Source of the DNA: Candidatus Poribacteria bacterium
GTDB lineage: Bacteria; Poribacteria; WGA-4E; PCPOR2b
Assembly (NCBI GenBank): GCA_965204355.1
Contig: OZ241983.1
Coordinates: 210,985-274,984, forward strand
DNA: 64,000 nt
Reading direction: 5' to 3'
Part shown: positions 17,590-26,371 of the stretch, piece by piece
How the letters are laid out: every line of letters starts with the position of its first letter
Position numbering within the stretch: the stretch's first letter is position 1
Translations under genes and position numbers: made by a program
The notes under the pieces: generated by a model
What the model was told of the DNA's origin: nothing
What the model saw: the letters and a program-made list of their open reading frames with translations, nothing else
The model's database searches: none

Positions 17590-19185
17590 TCAGTCCACTT
17601 CTTCTTTCCGCAGTGCCAGCCATGTGCATCCGCCCATCCCGATGACAATAATCGCAAACGGCAAGCCCGACGCAACAGCTAGCGCTTGCAACGACCGCAA
17701 GCCGCCACCGAGCAGGAGCGCGATAGCGACCAACCCTTCAGCCGAACACCAAAACACCCGTTGTCCGACCGGCGCATCAAACTTACCGCCCGCAGCAATC
17801 GTATCGACGACGAGCGATCCAGAATCGGACGACGTGATAAAAAAGATAATGAGCAGGACAATGCTCACAAACGAAGTGATACCCGTCAGCGGGAGTTGTT
17901 CAAGCATCTTGAACAATGCAAGCTCCTGTTTCCCTCCGCCAACACTATCCATCACCCCGGTAAACCCATCGGTAAGAAACTGATGGATAGCCGTCCCCCC
18001 AAACGTGCTCATGCACAACAGAACCAACAACATCGGCAGGATCAGCACACAGAACAGAAACTGCCGCACCGTGCGCCCCTTCGAGATACGAGCGATGAAC
18101 GAGCCTACAAACGGACCCCACGCCAGCCACCACGCCAGATGGAACGCCGACCAATCATGGATAAAGTATGAATCGGTGCGTCCCACCCAATTACTGAACG
18201 GCACAATCGTAACGATATAAGTCCCCAGTCCCCTGAAGAAACTGCTGAAAATCGCGCCCGTGGGACCGGCTACGATGACGAATAGGAACAGCCCTATGGT
18301 GATGCAGATATTGATTTGACTCAACCGCTTGATACCGACATTTAAGCCGCTCAAGACCGACGCCGTGGCGATGACGGTGATCAATAAGATGATAGCCACC
18401 GCGGTGGCATTGGTCGCAGGGATATTAAACAGGTAATTGAGTCCCGCAGCTACCTGCTGTGCACCGAGTCCCAAAGAAGGTGCTATCCCGAACAGTGTCG
18501 CAAAGATAGCGAGCGTGTCGATGATGTGACCCGGATAGCCCCACACCCGCTTGCCAAGCAACGGATAAAACGCTGACCGCAGTGCAAGCGGCAAGCCCCG
18601 ATTGTAGGTGAAATATGCAAGAGCCAACCCGATAACCGCATAACCCACCCACCCGTGCAGTCCCCAATGGAAAGCGATCGCGGCAAAACTCATATCCCAT
18701 GCTGCTTTTGTATTTGGATCATCTATGTCAGGCGGTGGTGCTTGCGCGTCGTAAACCGGTGTCATGTTGAACGGCGGATGCTGAAAATGGTGGACAGGCT
18801 CGATGACCCCGAAATAGACCAGCCCGATAGCCAGCCCCGCCGAAAACAGCATCGCTATCCATGTAAACGTGGAATAGTCCGGGACAGCCTCCGTTCCGCC
18901 GAGCCGAACCCTGCCGAGCGGTGAGACCATCAGAAACAGGCAGAACAGCACCAACAGGCTACAGGTGAGCATGAACACCCAATCCAAGCGCGTGGTCAGC
19001 CACACACGGAGGCTGCCGAAAATGATCGACGCTTGTTCTTGGAACACGAGCGTACCGACCACAAAGAGGGTGATACTAACGCTAGCCGTGATGAATACTG
19101 GGGCGTTTATATCCAACCCGAATATCTGGACGTTGTTCTGACCAACTTGGTACTTCAATTGGGATTGTTTTTCTTGTTCGTTCAT
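17590..19185 (-). CDS. BCCT family (betaine/carnitine/choline) transporter
   Basis: 531 aa, polytopic. BCCT signature region HLAWWLAWGPFVGSFIARISKGRTVRQF. Confidence 0.9.
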   Translation of the reverse strand: MNEQEKQSQLKYQVGQNNVQIFGLDINAPVFITASVSITLFVVGTLVFQEQASIIFGSLRVWLTTRLDWVFMLTCSLLVLFCLFLMVSPLGRVRLGGTEAVPDYSTFTWIAMLFSAGLAIGLVYFGVIEPVHHFQHPPFNMTPVYDAQAPPPDIDDPNTKAAWDMSFAAIAFHWGLHGWVGYAVIGLALAYFTYNRGLPLALRSAFYPLLGKRVWGYPGHIIDTLAIFATLFGIAPSLGLGAQQVAAGLNYLFNIPATNATAVAIILLITVIATASVLSGLNVGIKRLSQINICITIGLFLFVIVAGPTGAIFSSFFRGLGTYIVTIVPFSNWVGRTDSYFIHDWSAFHLAWWLAWGPFVGSFIARISKGRTVRQFLFCVLILPMLLVLLCMSTFGGTAIHQFLTDGFTGVMDSVGGGKQELALFKMLEQLPLTGITSFVSIVLLIIFFITSSDSGSLVVDTIAAGGKFDAPVGQRVFWCSAEGLVAIALLLGGGLRSLQALAVASGLPFAIIVIGMGGCTWLALRKEEVD

Positions 19186-19218
19186 AATGATGAATATCGA
19201 ATTGACTGCTATAAGGGG

Positions 19219-19482
19219 TTATGGAGCGGCGGGTGTATTTTCAAACATCTCTGCAACCAAGACTATACCTAAGATATTAACGACCCCATCTCCGTTGACA
19301 TCTGTTGCGAGATGCATCGCTGCCTTCCTATCTTTCAGCTTTGCATCAACAACGTGACCGAAAAATTCGATGAAGTATTGCAAAAATTCTGCGTCAATAA
19401 GCGCAACGATCTCGGCGCGGTAATCCTCGCCTGCCAACAATTTACGGATAATATTCTTTATCACTACACCGGTGATAGTCAT
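19219..19482 (-). pseudogene. chimeric remnant: duplicated 5' module of the 15047-16039 nuclease-like gene fused to a dockerin-like gene tail
   Basis: The first ~49 codons plus 69 bp upstream (19333-19550) are colinear with 15891-16108. The remainder encodes ...DVNGDGVVNILGIVLVAEMF, a dockerin/EF-hand-like motif unrelated to the nuclease. Confidence 0.6.
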
Positions 19483-19716
19483 CGTTCTTCTTCCTTGTTG
19501 AGTGTCGCTCTAAATTCAGCCAAGTTAAAACATCTGGGACTGGTAGCATTAATTGGCATTGGATTATCTCCAGTTCAAGGCATAATCAACCCCCTAAATC
19601 CCCCAACCCCCCTAGCCCCCCTTATCAGGGGGGAAACTTGTCAGGGGGACTTTAGCAACTTCGTGAAGGTCGAAGTTGTTGGTAAATGTCTATTGATTTC
19701 TCCAATTCACCAAGGG

Positions 19717-21816
19717 TTAAATTCGGGTTAGGATTAGGTTGCCGAACCTGTCAACCTGTGCACTGTAGCCGGGATGGATGACGGTGGTGGAATCGATCTC
19801 CTCGACGATTGCCGGTCCTGTCAAGACGCAGCCGGGACCGAGACGGTAGCGGTCATAGATGGGGCATTCAACGTAACCGTCACTTTCAGCAAAGTACACG
19901 GATCGGACCGCTTTCTGTGCTGCAGCGATGTCTGTGTTGTCTCTTTCCAACTCACGCAGCCGGGGTTTGGCGATTTTACCGATTGCGGTGAGTCGTAGGT
20001 TTACGAACTCGACCGGTTCTTCCGATGCACTATAGCCGTAGGCGCGGTCATGTTCGATATGAAACTGTTCAAGTACGGTAGCGATCTTTGAAGTGTCTAA
20101 CTGTTCCGCCGGTAACGGGACTGTCAGTTCGTAGCTTTGTCCGACATAGCGCATATCCACCTGCCGGAGGAAGCTGATGTCTTCTGGACGCACGCCCTCC
20201 CGCTTTAGGCTTGTGTCTCCCTGCACCTCTAACTCTTGGTAGGTCGCCTCCACCGCCGCTGTATCCAGTTGATCGACGTGTTGGATGAGGGTTGTGGAGT
20301 AGTCGTGCTTGAGGTCCGTTACCAACAAGCCCATGGCTGAGGTTGTGCCGGGGCTCATGGGGATAATCGTGGTGGGCGCGTCAATCTCTGCTGCCAAACG
20401 GTTGGCGTGTACGGGACCCGCCCCGCCAAACGCCGTTAGCACGAAATCTCTGGGGTCGTAACCGCGCTGGACGGAGACGAGTCGTAGGGCGTTGACCATT
20501 GCAGCGTTAGCAATCTCCACGATGCCGTTAGCGGCTTCCACGAGATCAAGGTTCAATGGATCCGCGCACTGCTCTTGGATCGCCTGACGCGCTGCATCAA
20601 CGTCCAATTCGATCTCGCCGCCTAAGAAAAAATTAGGGTTGAGACGCCCCAACACCAGATTGGCATCGGTGATGGTTGGCTCTGCCCCGCCTGCTCCATA
20701 GCACACGGGTCCCGGATCCGCGCCTGCGCTCTGCGGTCCCACACGCAACACCCCGCCGGAGTCCACCCAAGCGATTGAACCGCCGCCGGCACCGATCTCC
20801 ACAAGATCAATGACAGGGGTACGGATGGGATAGCCTGCCCCGCGGGAAGCACCCACGCCGGTTTGCGCCGCTGTTCCTACCTCGTAGTCTTTGGTTATCG
20901 TCGGTGTGCCGTTCTGGATCAGTCCTGCTTTCGCGGTGGTGCCGCCCATGTCGAAGGAGATGACATCCGGGCATTCCAGCGTTGTGCCGAGATAGGTTGC
21001 GGCAATGACACCGGCTGCAGGACCCGACTCCACCATGAAGACCGGCTTCTCACTCGCTGCCTCAAACGTGAAAACTCCACCGCTGCTTTGCATCACAAGC
21101 AGTTCTGCTTCCAGTCCCTCTTCTCGCAGCCGTGCTTCAATGCTCTGGAGGTAACGCCCGACGACGGGCCTGATGGAAGCATTGATAACCGTTGTGCTTG
21201 CCCGGAAATACTCTCGGAACTCCGGGGCGACCTCTGACGAAAGGGAGATGATGGTGTCGGGGAGGGCTTCACGTAGGATCTCCCCTGTCCGTTTCTCGTG
21301 GCTCGGATTGATGTAGGCGTGGAGGAAGCAGACAGCGATTGATTCTACGTCTTCTTGACGGAGTTGTTCTGCCACATTCCTGACTGTGGACTCGTCGAGC
21401 GGTGTGAGCACATTCCCTTGGGCGTCCAATCGCTCAGGTACGCCGAAGCACAGGTAACGCGGCGTCAGGGGACGCGGTTTTTCAAATTGTAAATCGTAGA
21501 GTGAGGGTCGTATCTGACGCTGAATCTCCAATAGATCGCGAAAGCCGTCGGTTGTAACGAAGCCGGTGCGGGCAACTTTTCCTTCAATGATCGAGTTGGT
21601 TGCCACAGTCGTGCCGTGAACGACGTAGCCGACCTCGTCCGGTGACACGTTGGCTTTGCGTAGTATGCGATGGGTTGCCTCCATGAAACCGTGTGACGGG
21701 TCTTGGGGCGTCGAAGGCACTTTGTCGACACGGATCTCACCTGTTTCCTCGTTGATTAGGGTCGCATCGGTGAACGTTCCCCCGATGTCTACTCCCAAGC
21801 GATACTTGAAAGTCAT
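19717..21816 (-). CDS. hydantoinase A / oxoprolinase family protein (HyuA-like)
   Basis: 699 aa. N-terminal LGVDIGGTFTD ATPase motif and a family-typical pattern throughout. Confidence 0.9.
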   Translation of the reverse strand: MTFKYRLGVDIGGTFTDATLINEETGEIRVDKVPSTPQDPSHGFMEATHRILRKANVSPDEVGYVVHGTTVATNSIIEGKVARTGFVTTDGFRDLLEIQRQIRPSLYDLQFEKPRPLTPRYLCFGVPERLDAQGNVLTPLDESTVRNVAEQLRQEDVESIAVCFLHAYINPSHEKRTGEILREALPDTIISLSSEVAPEFREYFRASTTVINASIRPVVGRYLQSIEARLREEGLEAELLVMQSSGGVFTFEAASEKPVFMVESGPAAGVIAATYLGTTLECPDVISFDMGGTTAKAGLIQNGTPTITKDYEVGTAAQTGVGASRGAGYPIRTPVIDLVEIGAGGGSIAWVDSGGVLRVGPQSAGADPGPVCYGAGGAEPTITDANLVLGRLNPNFFLGGEIELDVDAARQAIQEQCADPLNLDLVEAANGIVEIANAAMVNALRLVSVQRGYDPRDFVLTAFGGAGPVHANRLAAEIDAPTTIIPMSPGTTSAMGLLVTDLKHDYSTTLIQHVDQLDTAAVEATYQELEVQGDTSLKREGVRPEDISFLRQVDMRYVGQSYELTVPLPAEQLDTSKIATVLEQFHIEHDRAYGYSASEEPVEFVNLRLTAIGKIAKPRLRELERDNTDIAAAQKAVRSVYFAESDGYVECPIYDRYRLGPGCVLTGPAIVEEIDSTTVIHPGYSAQVDRFGNLILTRI

Positions 21817-22345
21817 GCGTATTTCCTTTTATAATTCAAGTTGCTAGGTTATGTTAGATTTTAGAATTACTTAGGCCCCCGATGAACAACAAACCCCCTA
21901 AGTCCCACTTATCAGGGGAACTTTGGCAACTTCGCAAATCCCGCAAACTAACAGTTTGCGCTACATTTACCAGATTTCCCGCTGATTACAGCGTTTGCCA
22001 ATTAGCAACATCAAAATGTCAACACGCCCTAGATAGCTCGCAGGTCAGGTTTCATACTTGACAGGTACTAGAAATGACCAATTTTATCCGATGCTGTACA
22101 CATGTCGCCCCTCTGGGGTTTTAGGGTTGGTTTTACCATGTTTGCTATATACATATCGCCCCGCTGGGGCTATGAACGATTTCTAATCCATCTAAGAGTC
22201 GGAAACAAAATCTATTCTGCCCTATTTTACTCGCAGCGAGTTTCACTCTCAATACAGAGAAGTAGGTATCCTCTGCTGTACCGTAATTTGCACAAAGGTT
22301 ACGGCATACGGAGTATGCCTACTACTAGGCAAGAATACTTGCATT

Positions 22346-23176
22346 TTAAGCAAAGGGCCCTGGACGATGTTCGCCCAACAGCCGACGCTGGCGCGGTGTC
22401 GCTTTCGATAGAATTTCCGGGTCAAACTGAAAACTCAGAAAAGGTGGAAACCGTTGTGCGATCCACCGATTGGCGTAGTGGACTTGCAGCAGGTAACGGA
22501 CCTGATCGGTACGATTGGCGCCGCCCCGATGCCACACATCGCTCCTGAAAACAATCACGTCACCTGCTTTACAGAGGATCGATTGTTCCTCTGCATTGTT
22601 CCACCTATCCTGATCCTGTTCGGGTCTTATGCCAGCGCGATGGCTGCCGGGGACAACACGCGTAGGTCCAAGGGCTTCATACATGTCATCCAGATAGAAA
22701 TGGGCGGTCATAATCAGTGCTGGAATCTTGACCCGCGGATCGATCGCTACATCATCGGGCAGCAGGATCGGCTTCCAATCGGTGTGCATCTTCTGTTCCT
22801 CCCGCTTCCCTGTGTTCCATTGGGTCATCTGGATGAGGTGGCAATCTTCGCCCAGAGCATCTTCGACGAGCTCGATGACGCCCGGTTTGTCGAGGAAATC
22901 GAGATAGAGCGGGTCCCGGTTGAACGCGTTCTGGATCGTTTTAATCCCGCTGCCTTCGGGGTCAATAAAATCCCATCTCGGTGTTGCGACGGTTTTGATG
23001 CGATCAGAACATGCGCGTAACTCTTGAATCTGTTCGGGACTGAGAACTGCGCGGAAAAAAGCAAAACCGTCGCGTTCCAGTGACTGTGCTCGTTCTTCTC
23101 GAGTTTCGTAATCGATCAGTTCGGCGGCTGGCTTTGAGGGCACTTCTGCCGTTGGGGTTTGTTGTGTTGATTGCAT
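22346..23176 (-). CDS. PhyH family Fe(II)/2-oxoglutarate dioxygenase
   Basis: 276 aa. H-x-D (MHTDW) and a distal His (VWHRGGANR). Confidence 0.75.
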   Translation of the reverse strand: MQSTQQTPTAEVPSKPAAELIDYETREERAQSLERDGFAFFRAVLSPEQIQELRACSDRIKTVATPRWDFIDPEGSGIKTIQNAFNRDPLYLDFLDKPGVIELVEDALGEDCHLIQMTQWNTGKREEQKMHTDWKPILLPDDVAIDPRVKIPALIMTAHFYLDDMYEALGPTRVVPGSHRAGIRPEQDQDRWNNAEEQSILCKAGDVIVFRSDVWHRGGANRTDQVRYLLQVHYANRWIAQRFPPFLSFQFDPEILSKATPRQRRLLGEHRPGPFA

Positions 23177-23443
23177 TGGTCAATGCTCCTTATAACAATT
23201 CTGACAAAGAATAATGCATTGTTGAAACGTGAAGCGTGAAACGTAAATCAGTTCATTGGATAATTATGGTAGATTTTAGAATTACTGAGAGATGATGCAC
23301 GAATCAAGTCACGAACCTTGCTCGCCGAGTTACGGCACACGGAGTGTGCCTACTATTAATGTCTACTTATTTCTATAATTCACTATAATGAACTAATGAA
23401 CCAGTGAACTAGTACACTGTCAGATAAATGTAGCGCAAACTGT

Positions 23444-23580
23444 ATGAAGTTTAATTTATTAATTGGGTAATTTCCGAGCGATGTCTAGTGCGGTCCGATG
23501 AATCGAAACCAGGGTTGGAAACCGCACCTACCGGGCATGGGGGAAATATAGAATTACCGAATTATTTTCTGAAATCTCAT
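23444..23580 (+). mobile_element. MITE-like element, family B, second full copy
   Basis: Same TIRs as 2132-2247. Inserted between a family-1 half hairpin (..GCGCAAACTGT) and ACAGATTGTGGTAC. Confidence 0.8.
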
Positions 23581-23730
23581 ACAGATTGTGGTACAAAAGG
23601 GGACTTCTCGATGAAAAACGGAGTTGGGTTTCACTCTATCTGCCTATGAACAGATGTTGTTGAACACCTAAGTCTCTATTGTAGTCGATAGGAATCCACG
23701 TTTGACCGTTCAACCCAACCTACATGCTAT

Positions 23731-24576
23731 TCAAATGTCAACAGAACCCAGTCCGGGCGGTAAGCCTTCGGTCGTGTCATAGCCGCTGCCGGCGGTGATG
23801 GGCCAAGACTGCCCTCCCTTAAACTCGAAATCGTCGCCGAGGCCGCACAACCACTGGAACAACCGGGCGACGTGGATGGAATCGTACCATTTTTCAAGCA
23901 CTGAAACGTCTGGCATAAACTTCATCTGCATAAAGTCAGTAGAGGGATCAACCACCCAGTCACGTTCCGGTGGAACCGTCCGCCAATAGTTGTATTTAAG
24001 CAGATTACGGATGCCACTGCCGGTAGAGGAGGTGGCGCGGTGCCAGATACTGTAGTGTGTAATGAAAATTGAGCCTGCCGGTGCTGCTGTCTTTACCCCT
24101 ACTCGGATGTTGCCGTAGTGACTCATGAAGCGGCGTTTGGCGCGGACCAGATGTGAACTTGGCACTAATTCGGTCGGTCCCATCTCTTTCGGTGTGTCTT
24201 GGGGGTAGTAAAACACCTGTAAAAATTCGAGCCGTGTCGCGTCGATGGCGCCGCCGTCGCGATGCCAACCACAACTCAGGGTCCTCGGACACTCGACGCG
24301 GTGGTTGCTCATGATCATCGGCAGCTTGAAGTTCTTCCCCAAGAGAGATCTTACCGCCCCTGCCGCTTGTGGATTTTTGAGAACACCGTCGACGAACCAG
24401 TCTTCAGCGAGGATTTCGACCGGTTCCAAGTGGGGATGCTCAGCCAGAAAATTCGACACGCGATGATTAATGTCATCTGAAACCACGCCTTCAAGGATGA
24501 TAAATCCTTTCTGGCAAAATTCGATTACCTGTTGATCCGTTAGCGTCGGTTCACAATCGTATATCTGATCGATCAT
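23731..24576 (-). CDS. PhyH family Fe(II)/2-oxoglutarate dioxygenase
   Basis: H-x-D (GWHRDG) and a distal His (SIWHRATS). Start trimmed to ATG 24576 (MIDQIYDCEPTLTDQQVIEF) because the track ORF start at 24708 overlaps the upstream gene. Confidence 0.7.
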   Translation of the reverse strand: MIDQIYDCEPTLTDQQVIEFCQKGFIILEGVVSDDINHRVSNFLAEHPHLEPVEILAEDWFVDGVLKNPQAAGAVRSLLGKNFKLPMIMSNHRVECPRTLSCGWHRDGGAIDATRLEFLQVFYYPQDTPKEMGPTELVPSSHLVRAKRRFMSHYGNIRVGVKTAAPAGSIFITHYSIWHRATSSTGSGIRNLLKYNYWRTVPPERDWVVDPSTDFMQMKFMPDVSVLEKWYDSIHVARLFQWLCGLGDDFEFKGGQSWPITAGSGYDTTEGLPPGLGSVDI

Positions 24577-24614
24577 CGGTAAAACCCTTTCATGGAAGTG
24601 CTGTGATTGCGGAG

Positions 24615-24983
24615 TTACTTTTCGAGGATAAATTCGCAGCCGAGCCCATAGGTTTCGTTTTCTCCCACCAACATCAGTGTCATTTCGGGGAACTTGACGA
24701 TACGCCATCCGTCGAGCATTGCTTCATGCACCGTCTGGTAGGGCCAATCTTCGGGGTCGTCGGGACCGTTGTGCACGCCGTCGCCCTCCACGATTGACAT
24801 GCCCTCAACCGTCGAGGTAACTGACGTGTTTGCGGCTTGAAGATATAGCAGGCGTTGGGGCTTTGCCGCTGCAGCCGATTCATCGGTGATGTTTTTCAAC
24901 GCCTGCTGCAGATCTTGCTCCGTCAGGGTGCCCGTGCGAAAGTTTTCCAAGCATTTTTGTAGTTGTTTCTTGACTTGAATCAT
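24615..24983 (-). CDS. hypothetical protein (122 aa)
   Basis: ATG 24983 with AAGAGG upstream. The longer track start reads into a CATGTCGCCCCGCTGGGGC repeat. I recognise no family. Confidence 0.45.
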   Translation of the reverse strand: MIQVKKQLQKCLENFRTGTLTEQDLQQALKNITDESAAAAKPQRLLYLQAANTSVTSTVEGMSIVEGDGVHNGPDDPEDWPYQTVHEAMLDGWRIVKFPEMTLMLVGENETYGLGCEFILEK

Positions 24984-25048
24984 ATTTAAGCCTCTTTCAG
25001 TGACGTATTCCAGCCACATGTCGCCCCGCTGGGGCTTTTAGGTCGGGC

Positions 25049-25112
25049 AAATGTAGCGCAAACTGTTAGTTTGCGGGTTAGGATCACAATCTAACAGATT
25101 GTGGTACAGAAG
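25049..25112 (+). repeat. GTAG-hairpin repeat family 1, intact copy
   Basis: AAATGTAGCGCAAACTGTTAGTTTGCGGGTTAGGATCACAATCTAACAGATTGTGGTACAGAAG. Confidence 0.85.
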
Positions 25113-25154
25113 ACTACCTTTACGAGATAATTTGCTATGTTAGTGTAGATTCGT

Positions 25155-26312
25155 TCAATCAGCGGACCTGAATCGCTCCGGACGGTATGGGTCGAGCATT
25201 TCAACGCGGGCATCATCAACAATCTCCAGTGTTGTTAATTCCCCCACGAGGGGTGCCAGTGTGACTCCGCTGTGCATCAAAGCGACATACAAATTCGGTG
25301 CCGCGTCGCAAAATCCTATGACCGGCAACTCATCAATTGGCATTGGACGGTAGCCCACCGGCGTTGGAATTGCTCGCGCACCGGCGAGGGCTGGCAGATA
25401 ATGGACGGCGCGACGCAACAGATCATCCGCATGTTCTTGGGAGTCGTCTTGGTCTACACTCTCCTGTGAACCTTGACCGATGGCAAGCGTCCCGTCCCCG
25501 GACTGTCGCAGGTGAATTTCATGTCGATTTTCGTCGATGGGTGGTAGATGAAGCACTGAAACGTTCTGTAATATCGGCGGCTGCGGATCGGTACGAATCA
25601 CCACGCCGGGACTGTGCTGTTGTGGGATGTGAACACCGGCAGTGGCAGCGAGTTCCGTTGTGGCAGTTCCATTCGCCAAAACCACGACATCACAACCGAT
25701 TTCACCATTGGGGGTATTGACCGCCTCTATTTTGCCCCGTCGATCAAGGCGTAGCTCAGGGGCGGGGGTATGGATATGCACAGCGGCTCCCGCCTCACAC
25801 GCACGCCGTAGACAGGCTTCAATTACTTTGAGTGGATCCACTCGCCCATCAATCTCCGAAAAGGACGCTGTCTTCACAGGACCGGGGGAAAGACCGGGCT
25901 CAAGTTCGTGGAGTTCGTCGCTCGGAATGATCCGAATGGGATACCCCCACCCCTGTAGTTGCACGATACGTTGACGCAATGCACCGGCGCGTTCCGGCAC
26001 CCATTCCCATCGGAGTTCACCACCCCAATGGAGGTCGAGATCTTCACCCAGCTTGCGAGCGAATCGATCCCAGATATCCATTGACCGGCGGTTGAAATGG
26101 TGATAGCTAACAGGATCTTTGCCGAAAGAGTTCAGCCACGCGAAGGAGTGTCCCGACGCTCCGGCACACGGTTCATCTCGCTCAAGGACGATCACGGCAA
26201 CATCTTTGCGACGCGACAGATGATAGGCTATGGATGCCCCAACAATCCCTGCGCCTACCACGACAACCTTTAGCTTTTTCGCATCAGAATAATCTCGCTC
26301 GATTGTTGCCAT
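25155..26312 (-). CDS. FAD-dependent oxidoreductase (DAO family, D-amino-acid/sarcosine oxidase-like)
   Basis: N-terminal VVVVGAGIVGASIAYHL dinucleotide-binding motif. 385 aa. Confidence 0.8.
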   Translation of the reverse strand: MATIERDYSDAKKLKVVVVGAGIVGASIAYHLSRRKDVAVIVLERDEPCAGASGHSFAWLNSFGKDPVSYHHFNRRSMDIWDRFARKLGEDLDLHWGGELRWEWVPERAGALRQRIVQLQGWGYPIRIIPSDELHELEPGLSPGPVKTASFSEIDGRVDPLKVIEACLRRACEAGAAVHIHTPAPELRLDRRGKIEAVNTPNGEIGCDVVVLANGTATTELAATAGVHIPQQHSPGVVIRTDPQPPILQNVSVLHLPPIDENRHEIHLRQSGDGTLAIGQGSQESVDQDDSQEHADDLLRRAVHYLPALAGARAIPTPVGYRPMPIDELPVIGFCDAAPNLYVALMHSGVTLAPLVGELTTLEIVDDARVEMLDPYRPERFRSAD

Positions 26313-26371
26313 TTTAATCCTTCACGATAACGGAAAATCTGAACCCCTTCCGGTCATCTCAGAATAAATTC

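Noticed and set aside
22102-22548. 148-aa plus-strand ORF
   Set aside because: Its 5' half is translated from family-F/CATGTCGCCCC repeat sequence and a GTAG hairpin. Its 3' half is antisense to the PhyH gene.
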